Shown in pieces: positions 18,967 through 29,893 of a stretch of DNA of 64,000 bases. Both the position numbers and the translations under genes were made by a program. The stretch spans positions 84,936 through 148,935 of the forward strand of contig CAWJSK010000003.1 in the NCBI GenBank assembly GCA_963845535.1, written 5' to 3'. Each line of letters begins with the position of its first letter. The first letter of the stretch is position 1. The notes beneath the pieces are model-generated. The model ran no database searches. It had not been told where the DNA came from and saw only the letters and a program-made list of their open reading frames with translations. The DNA comes from an uncultured Spirochaetota bacterium. Lineage in GTDB: Bacteria; Spirochaetota; Spirochaetia; SZUA-6; Fen-1364.

Positions 18967-19760
18967 CGGCCGCCTTTTTCCCCAAGGAACCCTTCCGACA
19001 CGAGCTGGCTGAGGGCCTCGTCGAGACGGGAGTCCGCTTTGCCGAGCGCCCGTTCTATTTGCTTCCCGTTCGCGGTCGAAAGCGCGAGCATGACGTCGAG
19101 CACGCGGCCCCGAAGCTGCCTCAGGGATCCTTCGAACGGGGACTGTCGGGTGTAGACGGCGCTTCTGCGGTTGGGGTTTTCCACGGCTGCGCGCATCCAT
19201 GCTCCGTAATCCATCAGCGCGTAGTACCACTCCCGGGGATTTTTCCTGTCCAGCGTCTTTTCCACAAGGGGAAGGATCCTGGAGTCGGGCACGCTGCTGG
19301 CCTTCGGAAAGAAGGCGTGGATGAAGACGCGCCGGATGTTCGTCTCGATGAAGGCAATGGGGACGTTGAAGGAGAAAACAAGGACAGACGATGCGGTGGC
19401 GCGGCCGAGGCCGGGGAGAGCGGCAAGCTTTTCCACGGTCCGTGGAATCCTGCCGCCGTGCTTTTCCGAAACGATGCGCGCCGCGTTCCGCAACGCCAGG
19501 GCGCGCCTGTTGTAGCCCAGCCCTTTCCAGACCGTCAACACCTCTTCGACGCTGGATCGGGCCAGCGCGCGAATGCTCGGAAATGCGCGCAGGAACTCGC
19601 CGTATTTCGGGAGAACGCGTCCTACGCTCGTCTGTTGAAGCATGACTTCCGATACGAGGATCTTGTACGGGACCTTCGTGCGGCGCCACGGCATGGGCCG
19701 GGCGTGCGTCCGGTAGTGTTTCCAGATCAGCGCCCTGAAGCTTCGAACACTGGGGATCAG
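18951..19760 (-). CDS. mutY: A/G-specific adenine glycosylase, short form lacking the Fe-S cysteines
   Basis: [24 protein letters not shown] and Hh[10 protein letters not shown]. The first ATG is 19694, but homology-like sequence extends to CTG 19760. Confidence 0.85.
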   Translation of the reverse strand: MIPSVRSFRALIWKHYRTHARPMPWRRTKVPYKILVSEVMLQQTSVGRVLPKYGEFLRAFPSIRALARSSVEEVLTVWKGLGYNRRALALRNAARIVSEKHGGRIPRTVEKLAALPGLGRATASSVLVFSFNVPIAFIETNIRRVFIHAFFPKASSVPDSRILPLVEKTLDRKNPREWYYALMDYGAWMRAAVENPNRRSAVYTRQSPFEGSLRQLRGRVLDVMLALSTANGKQIERALGKADSRLDEALSQLVSEGFLGEKGGRYFFR

Positions 19761-20206
19761 AACTTTTTCTCCGAGTCAAGGAGAATCGTTATGGGGCCGA
19801 GGTTCGTATAGCTGACTTCCATCGAGGCTTGAAACTCTCCCGTGGCCACGCGGAACCCCATCATGCGCAGGACCTCCACGGCCTTTTCGTACAGGGCCCT
19901 TGCAAGGTCAGGCGGCGCGGCCTCGGTGTAGGATGGGCGTCGGCCCTCACGGGCATCACCGAAAAGCGTGAACTGGGATACCACCAGAATCTCACCGCGC
20001 ACGTCGGTGACGGAAAGGTTCATCTTCCCGTTCTCGTCGGGAAAAATCCTAAGGTTTGCGACTTTTTCGCAGAGGATGCGCAGATCCCTGTCCGTGTCGT
20101 TCCTGCCGATCCCGAGGTATACGAGAAGCCCTGCGTTGATCCTGCCGACCTCGCGAGCGCCTACGGTGACTGCCGCGTCCTTGACCCGCTGAACGACCGC
20201 CCGCAT
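19757..20206 (-). CDS. dtd: D-aminoacyl-tRNA deacylase
   Basis: [18 protein letters not shown] and GP motif. Confidence 0.96.
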   Translation of the reverse strand: MRAVVQRVKDAAVTVGAREVGRINAGLLVYLGIGRNDTDRDLRILCEKVANLRIFPDENGKMNLSVTDVRGEILVVSQFTLFGDAREGRRPSYTEAAPPDLARALYEKAVEVLRMMGFRVATGEFQASMEVSYTNLGPITILLDSEKKF

Positions 20207-20208
20207 TT

Positions 20209-21282
20209 CTAGTTTCCGGCGAGCTTGTGGAGGGAGATGGCGCTGAGGCCGAGCTTCCCCGCCTGGTATGAGATCTGTCCCAGCACCTCGAGGCCGCCGC
20301 CGTTCGCCAATTCCGCCGCAAACCCGAGAGTGACGGGGACAATTCCCTGAAGCACCTTTTCCTTTTCATATCCCACGAGCAGGTCGAACGTGATGGCGCT
20401 CTTTCCGATCTTGAGATTGGCGATCTTCCCGCGCCAGCTCACCGAGCATCCGTCGTACAACGCGGGCTCCGCGGCAACCGTCGTGTAGGGGAAGGAGTCC
20501 TTCAGGGTGAGGAAGTCCGGCTGCGTCACGAAGCCCTTGAGCATCCGCGCCCTTTCCTTGACGGGGACCGCGGCGTTGGAGAGAAGGATCCTGTTGATTT
20601 CCACGGTGGCCATGTTGTCGCGGTATGCAAGGAGGTAGCTTTTTGCCTTCTTGAAAGCGTTGCGGACGTCGTTTTCCGTCAGCATGTACGTGAAGTCGGA
20701 GCCGGTGTCGGTAAGCCGGGGAAGGTCGGCGGGAATGTCTATTCCGGAGACCCCCGGGCGTTCCGCCGTCTTTTGCGGGAAGAACTTCACGCCGAGATAG
20801 GCGGCGCCGCAGAGCGCAAGCGCCCCAAGGATGATGATTGCAATGATCCCTCCCCGCCCCCGCGCGGGGAGAGGCGGATACAGGGTGCGGGCTTTGCCTG
20901 AGTCGATGAGCTCCTGAAGCTTCTCCTGGGTAAGTCCCTTGCGCAGCAGATCCATCCCGCGGCGCGCCACCTTGTTTCCCGGGTCCAGTTCCAGGACTTC
21001 CAGCCACCGCTTGATTGCGTCATCCGTCTCGTGCCTGCGGAAGTGGATGGCCGCGAGCCCAAGGAGAGCGCTGACGGCGTCAGGAGAAAGCTGGCGGGCC
21101 CTGCTCAGGTAGGAGAAGGCGCCGCCCAGGTCCCCGGTGTGAAGGCACGAAGAGCCCAGGAGCACGAAGTAGTCGAAGTTTTCCCGGTAGCGAAACACTT
21201 CCGGCTCGAGGATTCGGATGACGTCGGGGAACTTTCTCGCCCGAAAGAGTCCGCGCGCCTCGCCGAGGCCCTTCCCTTTCAT
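20209..21282 (-). CDS. TPR protein with a central TM and a C-terminal OB-fold-like domain
   Basis: N-terminal TPRs, hydrophobic [12 protein letters not shown], and a beta-rich tail (WRGKIANL). Confidence 0.7.
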   Translation of the reverse strand: MKGKGLGEARGLFRARKFPDVIRILEPEVFRYRENFDYFVLLGSSCLHTGDLGGAFSYLSRARQLSPDAVSALLGLAAIHFRRHETDDAIKRWLEVLELDPGNKVARRGMDLLRKGLTQEKLQELIDSGKARTLYPPLPARGRGGIIAIIILGALALCGAAYLGVKFFPQKTAERPGVSGIDIPADLPRLTDTGSDFTYMLTENDVRNAFKKAKSYLLAYRDNMATVEINRILLSNAAVPVKERARMLKGFVTQPDFLTLKDSFPYTTVAAEPALYDGCSVSWRGKIANLKIGKSAITFDLLVGYEKEKVLQGIVPVTLGFAAELANGGGLEVLGQISYQAGKLGLSAISLHKLAGN

Positions 21283-22355
21283 TTGCCGTAGGTCGAAACG
21301 CGAGCCTTCAGGTCGCTGATTGCCGACTCCATCAGCGAGAGGTCGCCCTCACCGATATCGGCCCCGGGAGCCAGCGCGGCGTCCACCCGGGACAGGATCT
21401 CATCCACCGTGCTGAGGTCCGCATGGAGCCCCACGGGGGAACCAGGAGCTGATTTGCCGGCGGCCAGTGACTGCTGGACCGCTCCCGCAAAATCGGCTGA
21501 GGCGGCGAGCGTTGTTGCGGGAAGCCCGTCAGGGTTGTACTTGCCGAGAACGATCGTGACGGTGAACTGGGTGCCCTGCGCCAAGGGTCGCGGGCCGTAG
21601 TACTGGGCCACGGCCGAATCGTTTTTCGAGTACGGGAGGACGCTGAAATCCCTTGCCTCCGACGTGGAGTAACCCCATGCCGCGTCACTCAGCCTCTTCC
21701 AGTTCGCGAACACGATCTTGTCAGGCTGCGTGACGCCGTCTTCCGTCACCATGCACTGCAAGCCCAGTTGCTCGGGATCCCCTGTTTTCGGGGAAACCCA
21801 GTAGCGGGGAAGGCTGCGCCCGGAAAACGTTGCCTCTCGCTTGATGGAGGCAAGGGTATCAGTGGAGAACGGAACAGCCCCACTTTCCCCGAGCCAGGTA
21901 TCGAAGAGATACCGGATTCCCGCGGAATAGTCCTGGCGGGAAGTGTTTTTCAGCGTGATGTCGATGCGGATTCCGTCAGCGCCCGAGGCGCCGGTAGAGG
22001 TGACGAAGGAGAAGCTTTCCGTCACGGCAAGGAAGTCGGACTTCCAAACGAACCTGCCGCCGGCCTGGGTTTTCTCAACCGCCGTGGAGAACCCCGCGGA
22101 GTCTCCCATCCTGAAAATCGTGGAGTTCAGCACAACGCTCAAGCTGGTAGTCCTTGGGTCTTGGGGAGAAAGAAGGGGAACGTAGGTTCCTTCCGCGGTG
22201 AGACAGGAAAGGCTGAACCTGCCGGTGTCCTCAGCAAGCGTGAGCTTGACCTTGCCCTGGTCCAACTCGAGCGCCGCAAGAGGCACGGCGGCCGCCAGGA
22301 GCGTGATCCCAGCAAGGCAGAGCAGGGCCGCACGAGAGCCCGGCCAGGCTCTCAC
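21279..22355 (-). CDS. Exported hypothetical protein (beta-rich)
   Basis: Signal peptide, and 4-bp overlaps with both neighbours. Confidence 0.7.
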   Translation of the reverse strand: MRAWPGSRAALLCLAGITLLAAAVPLAALELDQGKVKLTLAEDTGRFSLSCLTAEGTYVPLLSPQDPRTTSLSVVLNSTIFRMGDSAGFSTAVEKTQAGGRFVWKSDFLAVTESFSFVTSTGASGADGIRIDITLKNTSRQDYSAGIRYLFDTWLGESGAVPFSTDTLASIKREATFSGRSLPRYWVSPKTGDPEQLGLQCMVTEDGVTQPDKIVFANWKRLSDAAWGYSTSEARDFSVLPYSKNDSAVAQYYGPRPLAQGTQFTVTIVLGKYNPDGLPATTLAASADFAGAVQQSLAAGKSAPGSPVGLHADLSTVDEILSRVDAALAPGADIGEGDLSLMESAISDLKARVSTYGK

Positions 22356-23359
22356 TTGCCGGCCTCCGCCGACTCCCGGGCTTTGAGGTATTTCTCTTTC
22401 AGCGCCAGGGCTTCCTCCTTGATGGCGAGGAGGCGCTCACGGCGCTCGATGTCCGCCAGCCTGTCCGCGGACGCCGCCGGGGCCTGCGTGCCTTGCGGGC
22501 CCGCCTGGCCGGGCTGAGTTGGCGCGGGGGCAGTGCCCGTGGCGCCGGCAGCGGCCGGCACCCCCAACTGCGCGAGCTTTGCGGAGAGGTCCTGGGCCTC
22601 CGCCGTTTTCTGCGCAAGCTCGGCGCGAAGATCTGCGATGGTCTTCTGGTCCTGGTCAGCTCCGCCGCCGGCCAGCTTCTTCTGGTAGATCAGGATGGCT
22701 TGTTCGTACGTCTTTTCCCGGCGCTGGAACTCCTCCAGGCTCCGCAGGAAATCCTCATGGCTCCACTTCAGCAGGCGCGCAAGCTCGATTTCTTTCTTCT
22801 GCAGCTCGATCAAGGAAATTTTGTACTGAGCCGCTTCGACCTTTACGCTCGTGGGGAAGTCGGTGAGGATCTTCTGGTAGACCTTCTGGGCGTCGTCCAC
22901 GTGCCCGAGGTTGTACAGGCTCTCCGCCACCCAGAACCAGCCGTTGGAAGCAAGGGGGGACGCCGGATAGGTGGTAATGAACTGCTGCATGACCTGGATG
23001 GACTGCTCGTACTGCTCCTGGAGGAACAGCAGCCTCCCCTTCTGGTACAGCGCTTCCGGATAATCGGCGGCGCCGGTGAAGTTGGCGAGGTAGAGCTCGA
23101 TGCTCTTGTCAGCGTCATCCAGCTTGCCCAACGCCATGTACGATTTTGCGATCAGGAGGTATGCATCAGGTTTCTGCGCCGCGGCGGCCGGGTCAGTTAT
23201 CACCGCCTCGAGGAGCGGGATTGCCTTTTCATACTGACCGTCGCGGAAAAGCTGGATTGCGTCAGTCAAGCCTTCAGATGACTGCGCAGAGACGGCAAGC
23301 GCGCACAACCCGAAGGTCGCGACGAGGAGGAAAAGCACAGCCTTTTTCCGATGAGTCAT
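22352..23359 (-). CDS. Periplasmic TPR/coiled-coil protein (BamD/CpoB-like repeats)
   Basis: Signal peptide, TPR units (ALYQKGRL, FITTYPAS) and a coiled-coil tail. Confidence 0.75.
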   Translation of the reverse strand: MTHRKKAVLFLLVATFGLCALAVSAQSSEGLTDAIQLFRDGQYEKAIPLLEAVITDPAAAAQKPDAYLLIAKSYMALGKLDDADKSIELYLANFTGAADYPEALYQKGRLLFLQEQYEQSIQVMQQFITTYPASPLASNGWFWVAESLYNLGHVDDAQKVYQKILTDFPTSVKVEAAQYKISLIELQKKEIELARLLKWSHEDFLRSLEEFQRREKTYEQAILIYQKKLAGGGADQDQKTIADLRAELAQKTAEAQDLSAKLAQLGVPAAAGATGTAPAPTQPGQAGPQGTQAPAASADRLADIERRERLLAIKEEALALKEKYLKARESAEAGK

Positions 23360-23438
23360 GCGCTTTTTATACCTCCCTAGACTTTCGACTTGGTTCGCGC
23401 GAAACTGAAACGAAAGTCGTTGCGCCCCTGCGTGGATT

Positions 23439-24143
23439 CTACCATTTGCCTCTCAGGAACGCTACTTCCTCCGCTGGATCAGGGGCCGCAAAGATCGCCG
23501 AGCCGGCCACAATCACGTCAGCGCCCGCGTTCAGCGCGGACGTGATTGTGCTTCTGTTGATCCCGCCGTCCACCTCTATGAGGAAACGGTGCCCTCCCTC
23601 CCGCCGCATCCTGTCCAGAGCCTCCACTTTGCGAAGGCACTGGGGTATCAATTCCTGGCCGCCGAAGCCGGGGTTGACCGTCATGACGAGCACGAGGTCC
23701 ACAAAGGGAAGCACCTCGATGATGGCGTCAGCCGGAGTGGAGGGGACAATGGCCACGCCGGGCCGGCTCCCCTTTTGCCGGATGGCGGTGAGTATCCTGT
23801 GCATGTGGATGGCCGCCTCCCAGTGGACGGTGAGGTAATTTGTGCCCGCCTCACAGAAAGCGTCGATGGCCTTTTCCGGCTGGCAGATCATCAGGTGCGT
23901 GTCGAAGGGAAGCGCGGAGACGGGGCGCAGGTCGGTGACGGCTTTCTGGCCGAACGTGATCTGCGGGACGAAGCACCCGTCCATGACGTCAAGGTGGACG
24001 AAGTCACCCCCGATTTTCTCCACGAGCCGCACTGCATCCGCCAGGGACCCGAAGTCCGCGGAAAGGACTGAGGGGGCGATGTAGACTTTCCGCGCGCTGT
24101 CCGCCGCTGTCCCGCGTGCCGCGGTCCGAGGTTCATCTCGCAT
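23439..24143 (-). CDS. rpe: Ribulose-phosphate 3-epimerase
   Basis: IAPSVLSADF, HLDVMDG, MTVNPGFGGQ and EVDGG. Confidence 0.96.
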   Translation of the reverse strand: MRDEPRTAARGTAADSARKVYIAPSVLSADFGSLADAVRLVEKIGGDFVHLDVMDGCFVPQITFGQKAVTDLRPVSALPFDTHLMICQPEKAIDAFCEAGTNYLTVHWEAAIHMHRILTAIRQKGSRPGVAIVPSTPADAIIEVLPFVDLVLVMTVNPGFGGQELIPQCLRKVEALDRMRREGGHRFLIEVDGGINRSTITSALNAGADVIVAGSAIFAAPDPAEEVAFLRGKW

Positions 24144-24153
24144 ACTGCCTTTT

Positions 24154-24162
24154 ATTGTAGCA
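24154..24162 (-). promoter_or_regulatory. Extended -10 for rpe
   Basis: TG-C-TACAAT lies 10 nt before ATG 24143. Confidence 0.5.
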
Positions 24163-24253
24163 AAACGGTCCTCGTTTGCATACGTCACGCCGCCGGTCCG
24201 TCCTGCCGGCAGGCGTGCGGCGCGGCGTCAGGCAGGCGTCGGGCGGCCCCTCA

Positions 24254-24282
24254 TTGACGAAAAATAGAGGGAATGCCATACT
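24254..24282 (+). promoter_or_regulatory. sigma70 promoter for the TPR-greA-VWA operon
   Basis: TTGACG-N17-CATACT with a TG extension. Confidence 0.65.
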
Positions 24283-24400
24283 CGTGATGGGGTGTGATAG
24301 ATAGTAATTGCCCTATCCGGCGTTGTTTACGCCATTTCATGACGCGGGTTTCCCGTCGCGCGTGAGCGCGCCGCGCGGGCACCGAGGGCTCACGGAAGGC

Positions 24401-25372
24401 GTGGTCGCCAGACCCCGCTTCGAATGGACAGAGAGGCGGCTCATTTCGGATAACACGATCAATCAGATTCTCAACACCGCCTGCCAGAATCTGAGAGAGG
24501 GAGCGTTTTCTGAGGCTGTTGACGCGCTGGAGAAGGTGCTGGAAATGGATGTCGAATACCCTGGCGCCGCCTCTGTGCTGAAATGCGCTTCCTTCTGGAG
24601 CGAGCGCCTGGAGAGAGAGCTCGTGCCTCGGGACGGCTACGAGCGGGGGGAGACGCTGCTCGCCACCTGGCGTCTCTTCCAGGCTTTTTCCCAGAGGCTT
24701 GCGGACGTGCCGGAGAGGTTCCTCTTCGCCATCAAGCAGCACGTCTTCTCCTCCGCTCTGGCAAGCTATCTCAGCGCGTCCCCGGATCAGGAGCCCGCCG
24801 ACCCTGACGTGCTCCTGCAGGTAGGCAAATGCTGCAAGGGCATCGGCAACTATGAGAAGGCCATCGAGCACCTGGAAAGGGCCAATCTGGAGAGGAAGGA
24901 AGACGCGCGGATCCTGGTGGAGCTGGCGGACTGCTATTCGCTGGTGAATGAGGCCCGGGCAGCCAAGGTCTTCTTTCGCGAGGCCTTCTTCATAGATCCG
25001 CAGGCCGTCGAGCTGGCGGGGCTGGAATCCCCTCTCATTGTCAGGCTGTGCGCCAGGCTTGAGGCAATGGGGTACTCGGGGCCGACGCTCAACGAATGGA
25101 TCCCCGTGTGGGGGGTCATCTGGGGCGTTTTCAACGTGCGCAGGGAGATGAAGCCGCTGGAGTTCGGCAAGCTCAAGCAGGCCATCTACCAGCTTGAAAA
25201 AGAACAGGGCGGCGGTGTCGGGCGCGAGCTGTCCGTTCCCCGCCTCATCAACCGCTACTTCTGGCTGGTGGACCACTACCTTTCCGCCGGGGAGCAGCGG
25301 GAGCGCATCGACGAAGTGCTGGAAAAGATCCGCGTTCTGGATGCCCGGGTGCACAGGGAATATACGACATAG
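24401..25372 (+). CDS. Tetratricopeptide repeat protein
   Basis: TPR helices (LLQVGKCCKGIGNYEKAIEHLE). The start is uncertain (TTG 24308, GTG 24401 or ATT 24443). Confidence 0.75.
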   Translation: MVARPRFEWTERRLISDNTINQILNTACQNLREGAFSEAVDALEKVLEMDVEYPGAASVLKCASFWSERLERELVPRDGYERGETLLATWRLFQAFSQRLADVPERFLFAIKQHVFSSALASYLSASPDQEPADPDVLLQVGKCCKGIGNYEKAIEHLERANLERKEDARILVELADCYSLVNEARAAKVFFREAFFIDPQAVELAGLESPLIVRLCARLEAMGYSGPTLNEWIPVWGVIWGVFNVRREMKPLEFGKLKQAIYQLEKEQGGGVGRELSVPRLINRYFWLVDHYLSAGEQRERIDEVLEKIRVLDARVHREYTT

Positions 25373-25404
25373 GAAGAATGATTCTGAGCATAGAGGAGTG
25401 AAGA

Positions 25405-28105
25405 ATGGCAACGGAATTGCTGAAGACGATTACAGACCTCTTGAACGAGGAGAAGTGGACCCGGGCCGCACTGAACAGCTACTCGATCACGAACTTCAAG
25501 GACCTTGATACGCTCATCGAGCAGGCGCGCGCCGAAGGAATTGCTGAGGAAATCAGGGAGCTTGCCGGCGAGCATCTGAAACATACGAGCAACTCGATCA
25601 TTGCCCTGTACCTCTCAGGAGTGCTCGCCCTGTCACGGGAGCTGGTGGACGACACCAACCTGATCATGTTGATCAGCATCTTCATGGACAACCACAAATG
25701 GAACGTCGTGGAGTTCCTCGCGGAGAGGATCCTCGAGTACGGGGAAAACAAGTACGCGCTGCGCACCCTCGGGGAGTGCTGTGAGAACCGCAGTGACGAG
25801 CCCAAAAAGACTCGAGATCTGGGACCGCCTTATCCGCGTGGACTACGAGGAAGCGGATATCGTCAAAATCCTCGGAGAGAAGCGGGAGGAGGCCGAAGAT
25901 CTCCCCGCCGCCGTGGATTACTACAAGAAAGCCATCCACCGCTTCATCAACAAGAAGCAGTTTGCAAGCGTCAAGGAGCTGTGGGACAAGCTCATCCACC
26001 TGAGCCCCGAAGACATCGACTTCTTCTTCCACATCGAGGGGCGTATTGCGCGTGGAATCAGCGGAGAGCGCGCGGCCGCGCTCCTGACCACGCTGATCCC
26101 CCATTACAAGGAGAAGGAAGACTGGGACACGTCCATCGAGATATTGAAAAAGATCCTCGCGTACGACTCGAAAAACGGGGCCGCCCGCAAGGACATCATC
26201 GAGTGCTACCGCCAGAAGTACGCCAAGCACAGCCAGCTCGAAGAGTACATCAAGATCTCCAACCTGACGCAGAACTGGCGCAACGTGCATGAGGCCCTCG
26301 CGGATTTCGAGAAGCACATTGCCTTCGACACGGGCAACTATGTCTTTCACCGCACATGGGGGATCGGCCGCATCTCGGCAAGCAAGGATGACACGTTCAC
26401 CATAGACTTCTCCAACAAGTCCTCGCACAAGATGTCCCTCAAGATGGCGGTGAGCGCGCTGGAAGTCCTTTCCCCGGAGCACATCTGGGTGCTGAAAAGG
26501 ACGATTGCCAAGGAGGAGCTGGCAAAGAAAGTCAAGGCGGAGCCTGCATGGGCGCTGCGGACCATCATCAGGAGCTTCGGCAACCAGGCTGACATGAAGA
26601 GGATCAAGGCTGAGCTGGTCTCGGACATCCTGAGCGCCGGGGAGTGGTCCCGCTGGAGCACGGAGGCGCGCTCCATTCTCAAGAAAGACTCCGCGTTTGG
26701 GAACCTGCCGGACAAGGTGGACCAGTTCGTCGTGCGGGACAAACCGATCTCCTTCGAGGAGAAAATCTACAACAAGTTCAAGGCGGAAAAGGGCTTCTTC
26801 GAAAGGGTGAAGACGATAGAGGACTACATCCAGGGGGGACGGGCGGAGCCCGACTCGGACTGGTTCACGGAGATGCTCTCCTTCTTCACCTCGCTTCTCA
26901 AAGGCTACACCGCCGTCTCCGAGACGGTGCTGGGAAGCTGGCTGCTCGTGCAGAAGATCGTCGCCTTCTATCCGTTCATCTCCACCGGGGTGCAGATCAG
27001 CTTCGAGGAGCTGTTCGGCAAGATGGAGAACCTCGAGGACACTTTCTCCAAGCTGGATGATCCCGACCTCAAGAAAGACTTCCTCGTGGCGGTGAAAAAG
27101 AACGTCGCGGAATGGTCCACGGTTTTCGCGCGCCTGTTCGTGATCTTCCCCTCGAAGTTCATCGTGGACGAGCTGGTTGCCAACGCGCAGTGGGACGTGC
27201 TGGCGACAATGCTGTCCGGCATCGTCTCGCGCTACCGTGAGCAGCGGGACGCGTTCGTCTGGGTGGCAAAGAACCTCCTGAGGGAGCGATGGCTGGAGGA
27301 TCGTGTCTCCATCCAGCGGGAGAAAGTCTTCATCGGGATGATCCACCTGCTGGACATCACGTTCCGGGACATCGCCAACAAGCAGAACGCCGGGCCCAAC
27401 CGCAAGACCAACCGCCAGATCCAGGAGTTCCTCTTCGAGGAGGCCAGGCTGCTCGACTTCCTCATGGCCGCTGACAGGGATTCCATCACGCGCCTGTTCA
27501 CGCTCGTGGACGACGTCAAGGAGCTGGACCCCTCCCTCAAGATCCAGCTCAAGCACAGGATCAAGGAGAAGTTTCCGGACTTCCACTTCCTCGGAGAGCC
27601 AGGCGTGGAGAAAGTCAGCCTCGGTCTCCTTGTGACCCGGGCAAGCTTCGAGAAGAAGCAGCAGGACCTCAAGCGGGTCATCGACGTGGAGATCCCGGAG
27701 AACTCCAAGGAGATCGGCGTGGCCCAGAGCAAGGGGGATCTCCGGGAGAACGCTGAGTACAAGGCAGCCCTGGAAAAGCAGGAGATGCTCAAGGTCACCG
27801 CGTCGCGCCTCAAGGAGGAAGTCCAGCAGGCCCAGATATTCAATGAGAACGAGGGCCGCACGGACAGCATCTCTTTCGGGACCCGCGCCCTCCTGAAGAA
27901 CGTGAAGACCGGCCAGGCGGAGGAATACGTCATCCTGGGGCCTTGGGAGTCCAATCCCACCCGGAACGTCATCTCGTATCTTTCCCCGCTCGGAGGCGCG
28001 CTCTGGGGCCACAAGGTGGGGGAGGAGCTTGCTTTCACGATGAACCAGAACGAGTTCCATTACATCGTCGAGAACATCGAGAAGGCGGATCTGAAAAACA
28101 TATGA
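25405..28105 (+). CDS. greA: Large spirochete-type transcription elongation factor GreA; one-base frameshift near 25810
   Basis: C-terminal GreA domain (IPENSKEI..A..GDLRENAEY, ISYLSPLG). ORFs 25405 and 25781 join at DEPKK/LEIWDR if one base is removed, giving 899 aa. Confidence 0.88.
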
Positions 28106-29893
28106 GGAAAAATACACTGAGCGGCGCCTCGCGCGCCCTGCTCCTTGGCGTGATCTTGGCCGCGTTCCTCCTGGCGGCCAAGCCGGCGCCGGCGGAGAAC
28201 ATCGACCTGATCGTCATGGTGGATACCTCTGCCAGCATGTTCCCCTACTTCGACGACCTGATGAATTACCTCATCCATGACCTGCTGGCCACGCGCCTGC
28301 ACCGGGGGGACACGTTCCACCTGCTGAGCTTCGACGCCACTCCCGAGGTGGAGATTGCCCTGGAGATGAACAGCGCGGAGGCCGCGGACCGCGCCTACGG
28401 GAGAATCCTCCTCCTGCATCCGCTGGGGAGGTACACCGACCTCGTGGCGGCCCTGCAGTTCCTCTACACGTATGCACAGGAGCTTCCTGAGACGAACCCG
28501 AAGCAGATCATCCTCATAACAGACGGCGTGAATGATCCGCCTCCGGGAAGCCCGTTCTACAAGCTCGGCCCCGACGGAGTCCACAAGGCCGTGGTTGACG
28601 TGGCAGGGGCCATAAAGAAAGAGGGCTGGAAGTTCGACATCCTGAAGGTGCCCCCTGAGCCGGCTCCCGGCGAGGAGGGGATGAAGAGCTACCTCCCCGA
28701 TCTGGCGCAATCTCTCGGCGTGCCAGTCGTGCCTTACAACAAGAACGAAAAGCAGGCCGTGACCGGGATGACCACCGGCTTCCCGACGCTGATCTTCCCC
28801 GCCGCCCTCGGCAACGTGGGCAACCGGTTCGTGGCTCCGTTCCGGGTGAAGAACTGGAAATCCGAGCCCATCATTGTGCGGCTGTCCAGCGTGCTGAGCG
28901 ACGGGACGGAGCTGCTGGACGGCAAAGTCTCCATCACCGTTGCTCCCAACGCAGAGGCCGCGCTGGACGTCCCCATCCGCCTTCCCTTGTCCTATCCGCA
29001 GGGGGACCACGCGGCGAATGTACAGCTCATCTTCAATGACGACCTGAGGATTTCCCCGACCACGGGAACGCTGTCATTCACATACACGGGCAAGGGAGGT
29101 CTCCCCCTCCCCCGCCTTACCATCCTGTACGGCGTATACATCCTCCTTGCGCTCCTGCTCCTGTACGCGCTGATCCGTTTTTTCATCTTCCTGAGAAAGA
29201 AGATGCAGGAAGTTCCCGTGACGGGCTTCGCGAAGTCCCGGGTTCCGCCCGCTACAGCGCGGCGCAAGCCCCGTGAAGAGACGGCGGCAGGCCGGGGAGA
29301 CAGCCGCCGCGTCAGCGGCCGCGCAGCTCGACATGCATCCCGCTGAGCGCCCAGGAGCCGGGAAGAGGATCCCGCTCCTGTCCACGGGCGGGTCAGCCGG
29401 GCGCCTCACCGGCGCGCCGCTGGAGCGCGAGGTCGAGCCGCCGGCTTTCAGCCGCAAACGCGTGCGGCCCACCGTGACGAGCCTGAGGAGAGCGCTCCCC
29501 CGGTCGGATCTGCAGGAGGGCACGCTTGCGCCTCTCATCGAGATGCGCGTGAGCTTGCAGAATCCGCACATCGGCTTCCGGAACGTCCACAGGATCCCGG
29601 AAGGCGGCGGACGGAGCATCGGGGGAGGCTTCTCGTCGTACCTCGTGTTCCTGGTGCGCGTCCCCTCCTCCATCGCGGAGATCAGGAACCAGGGGGGGAA
29701 GTACGTGTTCACACCCCTTCGACCCGAAGCATTCCCCGGTGTCGTCGGCCCGATCGAGGACTGCCTGGGCGTGGAGATTCCGTTCGTCGGTCCGCATGGG
29801 CGGCAGATGAGCCTTCATTTCCGTCAGTGGATTTCGCCCCTGGAGGAAATCAACAGGATCATGCGATCGGTGAGGCACGAGGGGAAAGCCTAG
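28102..29893 (+). CDS. VWA-domain membrane protein; probable one-base frameshift near 29290
   Basis: Signal peptide, MIDAS DTSAS...T...TDG and a TM segment. The coding frame continues in ORF 29273..29893, which could alternatively be a separate gene. Confidence 0.7.

Noticed and set aside
25798..25815. Programmed -1 frameshift at CCCAAAAAG in greA
   Set aside because: The required shift is +1, not -1, and three other genes show the same one-base excess without a slippery site.
25682..28117. Long antisense ORFs (811 aa here; also 11166..12446, 18220..19779, 31889..33319, 40052..41353)
   Set aside because: These are typical stop-poor shadow frames opposite real genes in high-GC DNA, with no recognisable motifs.
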